This document shows, one piece after another, positions 51,394 through 64,000 of a stretch of 64,000 nt of DNA. Under the pieces are notes generated by a model, which saw nothing but the letters and a program-made list of their open reading frames with translations, did not search any database and was not told the origin of the DNA. A program made the translations under genes and the position numbers. Source of the DNA: Tubiluchus corallicola (lineage: Eukaryota > Animalia > Priapulida). The stretch lies in contig JAQGDQ010001046.1 of assembly GCA_030141605.1 (NCBI GenBank), positions 1-64,000 of the forward strand, given 5' to 3'. Numbering within the stretch: position 1 is the first letter of the stretch; every line of letters starts with the position of its first letter.

Positions 51394-52299
51394 ACGGAAT
51401 TTGGTTCTAGTGAAGTTTAAACAAAGTCCATGTCGCTTAGTATGCATGGTTTTACGTTACTGGCGTCATTTAAACTTAGAAAAATATAACAAAGAAATTT
51501 GGTAAAACTATTTTTAAAGCATAAGACAATTTGTATTGTTAAAACAAAGTACATCTCACTTAGTATGCATGGTTTTACGTTACTGGTGTCATTTAAACTT
51601 AGAAAAATATAACAAAGAAATTTGGTAAAACTATTTTTAAAGCATAAGGAAATTTGTTTTGTCACTGTATAAAATTTTTTATGCACAGTGGAGTGGTAGC
51701 TGCCATTCACCTGAAAATCATGACGTAATTCTAATGCCTCATGACTTTTCGCAAGCACATCTTGGCTTTCTGTAAGCGTGCGCTGCTTCAACTAAAACAA
51801 GAAACTTTTTTTATTAATCAATGCAAAGCCATTATAATCTGCTTAAAACATTAATTCAGTAAAAGCTGCTGCTGCTGGCTTTGCATTATAAATGAGGACT
51901 ATGTAGGATGATCAAGTATTATTGATTATAAGTGTATTTATATGCAAAATTTTTTACATGGGCTGCTCAAGCAAAGTTTACTCAACCTGTATAATTCAGA
52001 CTTTTCATCAAGTCACTATTAATGAATTAAAAATCGAAACTAAAATTTATACCTTATTACATGTTACTTTCTTTTTACTCTTAAGCAAAATTAAACCATT
52101 TGTGTTTTAACACATCAACTTAGAAAAGCTACAGATCGTTTCAGTAGACGTTAGTTTAACATTTGTTTCGCTAGATGGCAGTTGATGCATTACCACTGCT
52201 AAGAAACTGATATCTTATTGTAAACCTCTAAACTTTGTATTAGACAATCTAATCACTCCTAAAGTTTGGCTGTGAGTCAGGCTTTAGAGTATACAAAAG

Positions 52300-52808
<509 letters not shown>

Positions 52809-52919
52809 TAGTATGAATCGGAGAATTTCAGTAAAAATTAAAAGGAAAAAATAGAAAAGCAAAGAAGCATTTGTACATACATACAGAAATAATCCATGCA
52901 AATGATATTTATCAGCACC

Positions 52920-53590
52920 ATTTGCGGCAATCTATATATCAAACGAGAGGACTCAATCTAGTGTCATGCCATTGGGGGTTTATTTTTCGAATCGGGCTCA
53001 CCGGGACGAATGGGGGGCAAAAATCTCCAAAAATGGCCATTTTTTGCAAAACTTATGTCTCTTATTTCTGAAGAATGGGAATGGGCCGTGGGTGGTGCTG
53101 GCTATTGATAGATGGCCCGTTCAGCGTTGGGTGTAGTAGGCATATCTAGAATTCGCGTGAGGGCCACGGCAACCCGTAACGCAATTTTTCCCGGATCCAA
53201 CTCCAGTTTTTTTTCGAAATTTTGGTCAAACAGCCTGCGGCAAAAACGTTCTAGCGGTGCCTGGTGATACTCTCGAAAGGAGATATACGGCTCTTTAGAA
53301 AGAGCAAGAACAGGGCCACACGATGATGTAGGCTATATTTTAGGACACGTCCACTAAGAGGAGTACCGATGAGTTAATTAGATGCTCTATTTTCGGCAAT
53401 TTTCGCTTGGGAAACTTGACGCAAAGCCATTGTTCTGACGTCACCATTATACTCTGTCTGTAACCTTATAATTTTAATTCAGTAAAAGCTACTGGCTTTG
53501 CGTTATAAATGATGACTATGTAGGATGTTCGCATATTTTTGATTATGAGTGTATTTATACGCGAATTTTTTTGTGGGGCCTTTGCTAAGT
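52920..53590 (-). mobile_element. Reverse, more diverged copy of the LRR-flanking element
   Basis: Reverse complement aligns with 47640-48295. Confidence 0.75.
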
Positions 53591-53724
53591 TTGACTCCAA
53601 ATTACACCCAAGTAATTAATATCTAATATAAACTCTGATTTGCATTTCTAATTATACTTCAGTATGTAGAAAGCGTTCAATGTCTTACCTACTCAAATCG
53701 TGCCACAACTACATTTTGTTACAG

Positions 53725-53890
53725 ATCCGCCGGATCACCGGTGCTATGGTGGCAGTGGCTGGTGGGCGATTATCGATTAGCGATATACAGTACATGCTGG
53801 ACAATCCTAGTTACTTGAACTGGAATAACGGAGCAAGTTGTCTCTCCGGTTCGGGATTGTACTTGAAAGAAATACATTACGATGAAGAGG
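53725..53890 (+). CDS. PUSL1: PUSL1 exon 7: IRRITGAMVAVAGGRL...SGLYLKEIHYDEE
   Basis: TruA (Q)IRRxxG and GLYLxxxxY motifs; gttacag / gtgaga. Confidence 0.93.
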
Positions 53891-53989
53891 GTGAGAGGAT
53901 GTATTTAGTTTGTTTCAACATTTTGAGACTGTACTGCAGTGTGGTTAAACGGACGTTCACTAATCACAGTTCTGCTTACTTTATTGGTA

Positions 53990-54467
53990 CAGTAAGTCCT
54001 CGCTTAATGTCGCCCCGTTTAGCGACGTTTCATTTTAACGACGCGGAACATTTGACACCTTTTCTTCACTTAATGCACGCCCCGTTTAGCGACGTTTCAT
54101 TTTAACGATGCGGAACATTTGACGTTTTCTTCACTTAACGAATGCCCCGTTTAGCGACGTTTCATTTTAACGATGCAGAACATTTGACACCTTTTCTTCA
54201 CTTAACGCACGCCCCGTTTAGCGATGTTTCATTTTGACGACGCGGAAAATTTGACACGTTTTCGTCACTTAATGCCCCGTTTAGCGACGTTTCATTTTAA
54301 CGATGCAGAACATTTGACACATTTTCTTTACTTAACGAACGCCCCGTTTAGCGACGTTTCATTTTAACGACGCGGAACATTTGACGTTTTCTTCATTTAA
54401 TGCCCGCCCTGTTTAGCGACGTTTCATTTTAACGACGCAGAACATTTGACACCTTTTCTTCACTTAA
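53990..54467. repeat. ~66-bp tandem array beginning with a pogo/Tigger-like terminus TA|CAGTAAGTCCTCGCTTAA
   Basis: About 7 units; single unamplified version of the same start at about 1780-1885. Confidence 0.8.
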
Positions 54468-54919
54468 AGTGCAAGAAAACTCTCCACTTACATGAAGCTT
54501 AAAATACCACTTACATACTACCTTTTTGTATGCATGACTTGTATCGGCCGTAATGCTGTATAAAATGTGTAAATTTAAACTCCCGCGATGACCGTTAAGC
54601 GCAGCCATTTTAATGGTAGGTCGTTTGAAACATGTTTTGATAACATTAAGTAAGGTTTTTAAAAACAATCATATAATTCGTAGCAAAAAGGTTGCTAATT
54701 AAGTAAAATTTTAAATCACTGTATCTTGTCATTAAGATTAAAAATACATTTTGGCTAGTGAGTGGCGCACCCTGGAGGGTAAGTCAGCGACATTTGACCA
54801 ATTGGCACAAACATTTTAAATTATTAGTCTAGTTACGTAAGTCTTTCCAGCAGGTAAAGTAATATAATTTTTTAAGGACATTTTCTGAAACCCACTTCAG
54901 GTGCCCCTTTTCTTGTCCT
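54468..54919 (+). mobile_element. Kolobok-like MITE inserted at TTAA
   Basis: TTAA|AGTGCAAGAAAA ... TTTTCTTGTCCT|TTAA; the interrupted repeat resumes afterwards. Confidence 0.75.
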
Positions 54920-55835
54920 TTAACGATGCACGTTTCATTTTAATGATATTTTTTTTACTTTGTTGGTGTCAATTTTTATTTTACCAACAATATTTTATCC
55001 AGTACCTACTATCGGAGTTTGAACATGCAGTTTTTAAAATTGCAGGACTAGTTTTTACCAGATAAGTGGACACGGGGGATATAAAGTTACATTTTTAGTA
55101 TTTGCTGAACATTTTCTTGGTAATTTGATGCTAGAATATAAAACTGCAATATATTTAGCACTTGTTTTTGTAAAAAGAAAACAAAAAATTGACATTTGAC
55201 CAAACTTTTAGTGCGTTCTATTTTAAAACATCATAACTTAGTTTTAACTGTGCCAACTTATGGACGGTTTTTCTCTTTCAAGCTCACATTTATTAATTTG
55301 ACATTTTTTCTTCAAAAATGGCATCATTTTCGAGTGGATAATTCATCAAAGAGATAATATGACAGTAAGAGTCATTTTTTGGAGATAACAGTCATTGTAG
55401 AAAACTGATACGAATCACTTGCTAAGATAACTAGGCATGTGCTGCCATCTATCAAGCTGAAAACAAGTAGCGAGTAGAGAACGTTCTTTTTTTGGGGGTT
55501 CCCTTTCGGAAAAATCGGTTGATTTTGTTTTCTAGTTGCAAATGTAGCTATTTCATACGAAGTTAAATTTTGTTAGTGACTCCAGCTTATTGGTTACTGG
55601 AACATTAGATTTATGCAAAATATTTGTGTACTAGATGCAAAAGTCGGCATGTTTAAAACTGCGTCAAAGCAGAAATAACCAACAATCAAATGTCTGCACC
55701 TCAACTTCAACATGGATTATCTCAGCTTAAAAATAACTTAGAGCGATGAGCTTGATATGAAAATGATACTCATGAAATGGAGATTCAGGATGTGTAAATG
55801 AATTACATTTAAAAGTATTTTTCTCTTTTTTTCAG

Positions 55836-55912
55836 ACCTAAAGATGCCGGATGACGTATGTGACGAAAATAGCGCTGTGCAATCAGTTGCAAGTGAAGAT
55901 TCCCCATCTTGA
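55836..55912 (+). CDS. PUSL1: PUSL1 terminal exon 8: (D)LKMPDDVCDENSAVQSVASEDSPS*
   Basis: Strong polypyrimidine-cag acceptor; phase 1 fits; AATAAA at about 55977. Confidence 0.75.
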
Positions 55913-56090
55913 CAGTAACCGATGACGTACAGTTTAGGTTCATTTTTTATTTGTTTGTTTCATTTTAATAATGCTGAATAAAACCTATTTTTATTTTGTC
56001 AACAACATTTTTGCCTAATTATTCTGTTTTTGTTTTGTTTTTGTCGCTTAACATCACTTTCTTGTACGAGGACTTACTTCATACCGTCCT

Positions 56091-56125
<35 letters not shown>

Positions 56126-56518
56126 ATAACACAAACACCAAATGTAAACAGTGGAAACATATTATATATATTGTCTACCGTAAAAATAAACCATTGTAAA
56201 CATAGAAATGTCTGTTGTACAAATCAAAAACATTTTCATTGCTATCAGTACGTAAAAAGTTAATCATATAAATGCGTTAATTTTAGTATTAACCATAAAT
56301 CAGCTGCACCCCTTACAATGAGACCTGATTCTCTAATAAATACAAAAAGAAACGGAAGATGCAAAACAGAAATTTGATTCACAATTTTTAACAAGAGAGG
56401 ATGAACAAAAAACCTTCACATATTAGTAACATGCGCAATAATCATTTTCAAAACAAAAAGTACAAGTTCTTCGTTAACCGATTAATCGACACTCTGAAGG
56501 CTGAATAAGTGTCTAAGG

Positions 56519-56953
56519 CAGGGGTGTGCAAACTGTGGCCCGCGGGCCACTTGCGGCCCGCTGAGAGATCTTGTGCGGCCCGCGAAGAGGTTTGTCAACG
56601 TAATGAAAGTGCGGCCCCCATGCGATCCAGCTGAAGTCTGCGCCAATATCGCAAAGATAGTGCGGGTAGTTTTTTCCTCTAGATCGGATGGCATTAACCC
56701 TTACAAGACCGTTGTCACTTAATGTCACTGTCGGACATGACGAAATATTTGGTTTTTAATATACATTTTAATATCTTCCAAAATAGTTTCTTGAGTGCAG
56801 TAGTGCAGTAGTAATGATGTGCGCAAATCGCATGCAAAAAAATCGTTATTAGGTCTTTCTGTACTTGGCTCCTTGACCAAACTGCATGTGGCCCGCAGGA
56901 ATTGCGGGAAAGTTTAATGTGGCCCGGCTAGTCAGATAATTTGCACACCCCTG
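56519..56953 (+). mobile_element. hAT-type MITE copy 4
   Basis: Same TIRs; 8-bp TSD GTCTAAGG. Confidence 0.92.
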
Positions 56954-57716
56954 GTCTAAGGCATGTGGTACAGAGCACACCTCTTGTGAATTCTGCATCT
57001 TTTCACCTCTTGTCAATTCTGCATCTTCTCATCCCAGCTATTAATTCATATTTTACACTCCGACGAGCCTCTACAGCATAACACACCCACTCGTTTAACG
57101 AGTCGCTACCATCTCCAGAGCAGAACCTCCGCAGCCAAACACCCGGAGCTGCTCTTCCATCATGCTTGGATACCAGCATTCATGAGCTCAGCAACTGAGT
57201 ATTAAAGTTTTGAATCCGCTTGGTTAGACGTGCGCCTCTTTCGCGGAGTTTCTACGGCAAACTCTGCATATTTTCAACTTTGATTTCGTTAGTTTGGTTT
57301 TATCTGCATTCTCAAGCATTTCAAATGCCATCCGTGCTTTCTTTATCATGTTTAGTACCTGCATTATTTTTGGATGGCTTTTGTTCTCTTTGTTCTCTCA
57401 ACAATTCCGTATTTACATAGATTACTGTTTGGCGTGTTATTCTAATGATAACAGTCATTTAGTACTGCATTATTTTTGGATCAATTTATAATTTTTCCAC
57501 GTATTTGCACGAGATCATGTTGCTATTTTTTCTTATGCCTTTAATTCTCAACAATTCCATATTTACATGGATTACTGTTTGCCGTATTCGATTGTTAAGA
57601 ATAATAACTGCCATTTACTACTGTTGATGCTGTCGTTGATAATCACTTAATTCCCGGCAGCAAATTGAGATCGGTACTACGTTACGGCTGTAAGACAGTC
57701 AGCAATAATGCAGCTC

Positions 57717-57780
57717 TCAGGATTTTGAACTGTAAGCACTTGGGATGTTGGCTAGTCCACCGGCGATGCTGATGTTTGAT
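57717..57780 (-). CDS. HMGCR: HMG-CoA reductase terminal exon: (R)SNISIAGGLANIPSAYSSKS*
   Basis: tttatttcag acceptor; phase 2 completes the ...YNRS motif. Confidence 0.75.
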
Positions 57781-58199
57781 CTGAAATAAAGTAAAGTTTA
57801 GAAATGAATGTGAACTGCTGGAGATTGCCATTGGTTTGTGGAATAAACAATGGCACCCGATGCTTGAGTTAGACAGGCTCTGTCGTGAATTTCCTTTCAC
57901 CACTGAATTTAAGTTTCCCTCCGCCAATCAAACGTTGCAAAAAAGTAGGGCCAACAATTATGTACAAACACATTAAGATGACTAATATGTTATGAGTTGT
58001 CATTAAATAGCAATAGTATTGACAAAACTACAACAATGTGTGGTCTTTTCCTTTAAATTTTAAAACATGAGAGATTCTAGCGGGAAAAATTACTTTTATG
58101 CTACACGTTACTTTAATCTGTTACTGGTGAGGCAGACATTGAATTAAATTGAAATTAAATCAGATCAAAACAATAATGTTAAACAGCAGATTTTCTCTA

Positions 58200-58520
58200 A
58201 CTAATTTCTGGATTCGTCTTCCGGCTTCCTTCTTGGCTGCTCTTGGCAAACTAGTTCGGATATTTTCCCGACTTTTCATTTGCTCCATGGTTGCTGAGTC
58301 GACTGATGGACTTCCTGCTGTAAATTTCCAGAGGAATCAGTAGATTGGCGGGATGGTTTACTTCTTGCTTTGATGTTTACTGTACTTTAACTGATCTCAC
58401 TTTGCCGTCTCGGCTGTATGTATGCCGAGTTGCTCTTCCGAGTTTCCGGTTTCCACGTGGAGTGTTTTCTTCTTCGATGAGTACAACTTTAGTAACTGTA
58501 TTGGAGATCGTTGTTGTTTT
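58200..58520 (-). mobile_element. BEL/Pao LTR-retrotransposon remnant (integrase C-terminal DUF5641-like region)
   Basis: Minus strand reads VVLIEEENTPRGNRKLGR...SRDGKVRSVKV*...PANLLIPLE, with a stop and a probable frameshift. Confidence 0.7.
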
Positions 58521-58775
58521 TTTTTTTACCTTCCTCCTCCTCGAGTGTTGTGAACTTTAATATTAATGTCTTTATGCATAATAATTGGCCCTACTTTTTT
58601 GCAACGTTTGATTGGTGGAGGGGAACTTTTTTGAGGCAGGTGTGGCATTAACTTTAGAAAAAATGGTTGTGTTACTGATTCTAATGCCATATTCAAGAAA
58701 ATTTTCAAAAATAACAAAAACTAGTACTGCAATTGTAAAAAACTCGTATGTTTTTTCTGTCAATATCCTCCTCAC

Positions 58776-58930
58776 CTGTTGTATTTCATGTGACTCTTAA
58801 CGAGATGCCCGGCAGCGAGGGCCGAAATCAGATTCAGCTCTCCGGCTAGGACGGTGGCGGCTATGATGCGTGCCAGCGTGCCGGAATGCTTTCCCGGGTC
58901 TTCCTTGCACCCGCCAGATACGCCCAGTAA
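58776..58930 (-). CDS. HMGCR: HMGCR exon: [51 protein letters not shown](R)
   Basis: Class I HMGR LARI...[19 protein letters not shown] motif; ttttatag / gtgagg. Confidence 0.95.
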
Positions 58931-60417
58931 CTATAAAAGAGAATGATTCGATGACGTTAGGGTGAGTGAAAGACTCGATCAACTGATTACTGCCAATGAG
59001 TACAAAAAATTAACCAGGTAAAGGGGTTGATCCCCTGACCGCCTATGCTACGACGATCGGCATTTTCAAAATATCCATGAAAATAAATTGATAAATTGAC
59101 CGGTCAGCAGGCAGCATCCTATGTGCACTCATATACAGACCCCCCTCTCCCGTGCAAAATATTATTATTATCACATTCAGTACAAAACCAATTGAATTGA
59201 ATTAAAAATGTCAGTGTTCTAGCAGAAATTTCGTGACGTTTCGCCTCATAAAACGAAACATGCACTTTTAATGTTGTAATGTTTAAACAAACACACATAC
59301 AAATATTTCAACTTTATAAATTCTTAAACAAAAAATTTTTGGTTACTGTAGCCTAAATTGTCGCAGCTCAAAAATATGCCGGAACACGCTCTTTAAGCAC
59401 GTGACAACCGACAACAAACTGTGAGCGACAGTACTTTCTTTATCTAGCAGCAGGCGCTAGCAATGCAGGGTACAGCGTGTTATCTCAGATGACGCATGCG
59501 CACACCAGCCAAACACCGCATTGCTGGAGTGCTCTCTACTGGGCTGTGAAGCAAAGAGTGCCGCCCTCATGTACAAGCATAAAGAAAGAATTAAAGAAAA
59601 AAGACTTATTATATTCAATATTATCGACAATATTGAGTGAAAACAGGGGGTGCTGCAGTTCCACAGTACTTATTCAAAAGCTGTATATTTATATGTTTAT
59701 CAAATTTTTAGTCTATTATTATCACATTCAGTACAATATAATGACATTAAACACACAGTGACATCAAAATTATTACATCTACTGTGTTAAATTGTTATGT
59801 TTCATACACTATCGTTATCATAAAAGAATAATTGTACTGCAGTGGGTTAGAGAAGCAAAGGCTTGTATAAGCCCACTGTCATGTGAACCCGATAAAAAAA
59901 GAATGGATGAGTGAACAAAAAAAGAACTGGGAGAAAGGTTAGATCACACAGGAAGGGTAGAAGGATGAGTTAGTGGAAATGGTAGGAAGAAAGATAATAG
60001 ATTGTGCTATGTTGACATCAGCTCCAAAGATTTATCAATGATGCCTTGTTTTGCATAATCTGTACCAGGATTGTGGTATGACTGCTGCAGTAGGTGTAGG
60101 AAATTAGGAAGTGTTGTACTTGTTGAGAATCATTGCTCTGTATTTCTTTTTAAATTTTTGAATTGGCTGAACAGTTTTTAATTCATCATTGTCTTTCCAA
60201 AGCCTTGGACCAACATTTGCAATAAATTGCCGTGCCCACACCTTTGCTTACTATTGAATGTTTCCATCTAAAAGTACAATGATAAGTTAACACCACAGCT
60301 GTGACTGTTTCTTGATCACTGTCTGGTTTTCAAAAATTACCATTTCCAATTTTCACCAGGAGTGACCAAAAATGGCGGAAAGAACACCATGTTAGTATTC
60401 ATAGCATTCATGAACAT

Positions 60418-60793
60418 TAGGGGTGAGCATCTCTACCAGAAAGCGAATTTGAATCGAACCGAATTTGTGACTTTCGAATTCGAACCGAATTCGAATTGAG
60501 ATTGAAAGATTTTCGAACAAGTTTTCGAACCACCAGTAAAAATTAGTCTTACAAAGATCATGCGTATCACTAGATTTTGTTCTGCAATAAAACGACTAGT
60601 AATTTCTTTAAAATTGTGCGCAGAAATCACAGCTAAATTATGCTAATTGCATGATGTTTCAATCGTTATAATGATAAAGAACATGTGTGATTGAAGTGCT
60701 GAATTATTCGAATCTATAGTTTTGGATTCGAATCGAGTTCGAACTGAAAAAAACTCGTGCGAATCGAATTCAAGCGTTCGATGCTCACCCCTA
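60418..60793. mobile_element. hAT-type MITE of a second family, with internal TTCGAA repeats
   Basis: TIR TAGGGGTGAGCATC...GATGCTCACCCCTA; TSD ATGAACAT/ATGAACAC. Confidence 0.85.
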
Positions 60794-60927
60794 ATGAACA
60801 CATGAAAACGGCCACTACACACACATTGATTAGAGATGCATCACGCATCACGCGTACACGGGGCTTAAATCCTAGTTTCAACACTACTTATTCCGCAGCA
60901 ATTTCATTACTATAAATGGTACTTTAC

Positions 60928-61086
60928 TTGTAAACACGATGCTTGGGCCGGTAGTATGGTTCCGCCACCTACTGTACCCACTTCTATACACGGCATGGTG
61001 CAACTTATGTGCAGATCCTGGCCGTTCTCACCGGTTGGTTCCAAGAGAGTTATGCAGTTTGAACTTTCGATATTTTGTGCTGGGTC
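60928..61086 (-). CDS. HMGCR: HMGCR exon: [17 protein letters not shown]...[25 protein letters not shown]
   Basis: GQDPAQN and EVGTVGGGT motifs; tttgcag / gtaaag. Confidence 0.96.
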
Positions 61087-61131
61087 CTGCAAAGGAGAAA
61101 ACGAGAGATGAGGTCTAAGAACGATCTTGAC

Positions 61132-61190
61132 CAGGGGTGTGCAAACTGCGGCCCGCGGGCCACTTGCGGACCGCTGAGAGATCTTGTGAC
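61132..61190 (+). mobile_element. 5' fragment of the hAT MITE family (copy 5)
   Basis: CAGGGGTGTGCAAACTGCGGCCCGCGGGCC. Confidence 0.75.
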
Positions 61191-61292
61191 CTTTTAGTAG
61201 CCACAAATACCCTTTCGAAATTCAGTGATCTGCCGCGTACCCCTTAACATTGTCTAGCAATATGAGTTTCAAGAAAACATTTTTCACTACTA

Positions 61293-61720
61293 CAGTCGTG
61301 GCCAAAAGTTTAAGCCCACCTGTGATTACGACGTGAATTTTGAGCTTTTTTGGTATTCAACACCATATATTTTCCCTCATGGTGGACCGATTCGTTCACA
61401 CGATGGCTCATTAGGAAGGTAATTGAAAATTGCAAATAAATGTTTGTGTTGCGCGTGCGCAGAACTTACGAGATGATGACGTCATCAGTACGGTTGCATG
61501 AATAGTCTTAGACGCACTCTCGGCAGTAGCTTCCTCCCCAGTCGACTGATTATGTTGGATGGTAATTCTACATTTGTTTGCAATTTTCAATTACCTTCCT
61601 AATGAGCCGTCGTGCGTACGAATCGGTCCACCATGAGGGAAAATATATGGTGTTGAATACCAAAAAAGCTCAAAATTCACTTCATAATCACGGGTGGGCT
61701 TAAACTATTGGCCACAACTG
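61293..61720. mobile_element. Tc1-like MITE with ~150-bp TIRs
   Basis: TA|CAGTCGTGGCCAAAAGTTT ... AAACTATTGGCCACAACTG|TA. Confidence 0.9.
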
Positions 61721-62070
61721 TACGATGTAACTATACGATAAACTAAACACCAAATTCAAGAACAAAATTCAAGAAAAAGGACAACTGGATGTCAAATCAG
61801 AAGAAGAACTTGCAGTCGAAATGTGAACTAGCCTCAATGGTCGCTTCATTGAAACGAGCTTTTCCGAAAACTACAAATCTTGCCTACCGTCATCCGCCGA
61901 CGCACCTGCTGTGCCAAATGTCTATTTTAAATCACAAATTGCCCCCCGTTATAACGCCGGGCAGTGCACAGAAAATTACGCGAGAAACACTATTGTCTTG
62001 CAACAACAATGACCTTTAAAAAATACAAACAATCATGACGTTTAAGTGTAGCACACGATGACGTCGTTTT

Positions 62071-62217
62071 ATGATGATGATGATGATGATAATGACGATG
62101 ACTAGAACGATGATGATGATGACGACTACAACTTTGGTGGTGATGTTGGAGATGGTGGTGATGATGATGATGACGACAAAAATGGTGATGACGATGGTGA
62201 TGATGATGATGATGATG
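62071..62217. repeat. Degenerate (GAT)n microsatellite
   Basis: Directly visible. Confidence 0.9.
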
Positions 62218-62378
62218 GCTCACACCAGGAGGCTGTTACTCCCGTAAAATTCCTACTCTGTACTCTTTATGGCAAAAAAGAACATTCTAACGCGTTACAA
62301 CTTTCGCTAGCTTAGCTATTTCGTATCCCAACGGGTACTACTCGTACCCACAGTGTTATAACAGGTGGCACAGCATAC

Positions 62379-62519
62379 CTGCCCGGTAGCGATGAAAATT
62401 GCAGAGACGATGTTGGATGCATGAGCATTGCAGCCTCCGATGCTACCGGCCATCGCCGAACCGACCAAGTTCTTGCTAATATTCAAGTCCACTACTGCGT
62501 CCACTGATGTCTTCAAACA
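62379..62519 (-). CDS. HMGCR: HMGCR exon: [47 protein letters not shown] (upstream exons lie beyond the window)
   Basis: [21 protein letters not shown] motif; ttttcag / gtatgc. Confidence 0.96.
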
Positions 62520-62840
62520 CTGAAAATGAAAGCAAACGTGGCAATGCATTAGCGTCGTTAAGACAAAACCTACCCTATATCATATACCTTATCATATACC
62601 TTATCATATTTGTTGTTCTTCTGTACCTGCAGTCCCCAATTCATTCATATTCTTACCTTGTACCTTATCCTGTGTAGCTGCTGACTTTGCTTGTACAACT
62701 TGTAACTCTATAAAAACTACGACTGTTAAAAATAAATGGTCAATTTTTGTAGTGGTTGTTAAAATTTAGTACGTACATGCCAGGTTTTTACATACCAATA
62801 TAAAGAAACAGTATAGATTGCATCTTAATTTTAAGAATTA

Positions 62841-63499
62841 CAGTCTAGCGTCGTTATCTCGCCACTGTCCGTCTAGGGCAAATTTTTGGCGAGAGGCGAG
62901 TATGGTGAGATAACGGGAATATAACGAAGTTAGTCTATATGTATATACATAATAGTTGATTAACATAGTGTTCCTCTATGTACATATTTCGCATTATGAT
63001 ACCAATCAACATTAAATCAGAAATGAAAACATTAAGACAAAACAGTTTTCGCTTCAGAGACATCATGTAAAGTTGCTCACACTTTGTGGAAACTCAAACT
63101 TAAACGCAGCTTTGGTGTTATAGAGTAAGGATATCGGTGACGCTTTAGTTTCTCTGCGCATTAACCAACCACAGCACTCCTAATCTAATCCTGGTGAGAC
63201 ACACACTAGATTAATTATGTCTGTCTATCGAGTACAGCAGCATTGTCTACATACCACGGGTATATTGATCGACACGCGGTATATGTATTGATCGATTCAC
63301 CTCTGAGTTTGTCTGTTTGGCGACATAACGAATATAGTTTACATAAGCACTCATCCTAGCATGACGTGGCGAGGGCGAGAAGCGAGGGTGGCGACTTAAC
63401 GAGGTAAATATCAAAGCAGGAAATCCGTCCTGGTACTTTCTATGGCGAGACACGAGTTTGGCGGCATAACGAGGGGGGCGAGATAACGAGGCTAGACTG
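62841..63499. mobile_element. pogo/Tigger-like MITE
   Basis: TA|CAGTCTAGCGTCGTTATCTCGCC ... GGCGAGATAACGAGGCTAGACTG|TA. Confidence 0.88.
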
Positions 63500-63863
63500 T
63501 ATCTGAACATCTTTAGATCAAACTCATATCTCGGTTCACCGAACAAAAGAGGCAAGACAGTCCGAATTTGCCGATACTAAGTTATTTGTTTTTGTTTTTG
63601 TTATCTGCAGCATCACCCTGCCCTGCTCCATGATTATAATTACTTAATATTTAAAAAACTTTTGATGTTAAACTAATTGGAGAAAATAATTGTTCTATGT
63701 CTATGTCTATGTTTATCCTGATGATTTAAATATAAAAATCCAATATATTTAGCATTTGTTTTTATAAAAACCAAAAAAATTGGCATTTGACGCAATTTTT
63801 CATGCATTCTCCTTTAAAGCATCATGACATACTTGTCACTATGCAGACTTACGGACCGTTTTA

Positions 63864-63898
<35 letters not shown>

Positions 63899-64000
63899 TA
63901 TTGAGTGATTACGAGATAGTCGAACATGATACTTTAGTTTAGTCCATAGATCACTACAAAAAAAGGACTTTTGATCATATAACATGATCATTACTGTCAA

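Overview
AT-rich, repeat-dense animal DNA, probably from a protostome invertebrate given the ionotropic-receptor gene. I assembled three spliced housekeeping genes by hand from GT-AG exons. RER1 is on the minus strand (5 coding exons, 10156->2489; last exon probably left of the window). A TruA-family pseudouridine synthase (PUSL1-like) is on the plus strand (8 coding exons, 30732-55912). The 3' end of HMG-CoA reductase is on the minus strand (4 exons, 62519->57717). A divergent ionotropic receptor gene is nested antisense in an RER1 intron. The most striking region is the 15-kb PUSL1 intron 6. It holds a transposon-bounded, amplified cassette locus with two intronless LRR genes, probably GPI-anchored, in opposite orientations (module layout A-B and A-B-A-B). 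Their B modules vary mainly at predicted concave-face beta-strand positions. Two tandem 'empty' cassettes lie between them, with the LRR ORF removed at the same junction. A second unusual cluster (22.5-29.7 kb) has a PRDM9-like minisatellite C2H2 zinc-finger array fused to a transposon arm, a hAT MITE carrying captured zinc fingers, and two 85-nt fold-back hairpins built from zinc-finger linker sequence. The rest is MITEs (hAT, Tc1/pogo-like, Kolobok-like), LINE/LTR remnants, a 5S rRNA-derived copy and many micro/minisatellites. All family assignments come from motif recognition; no database search was run.
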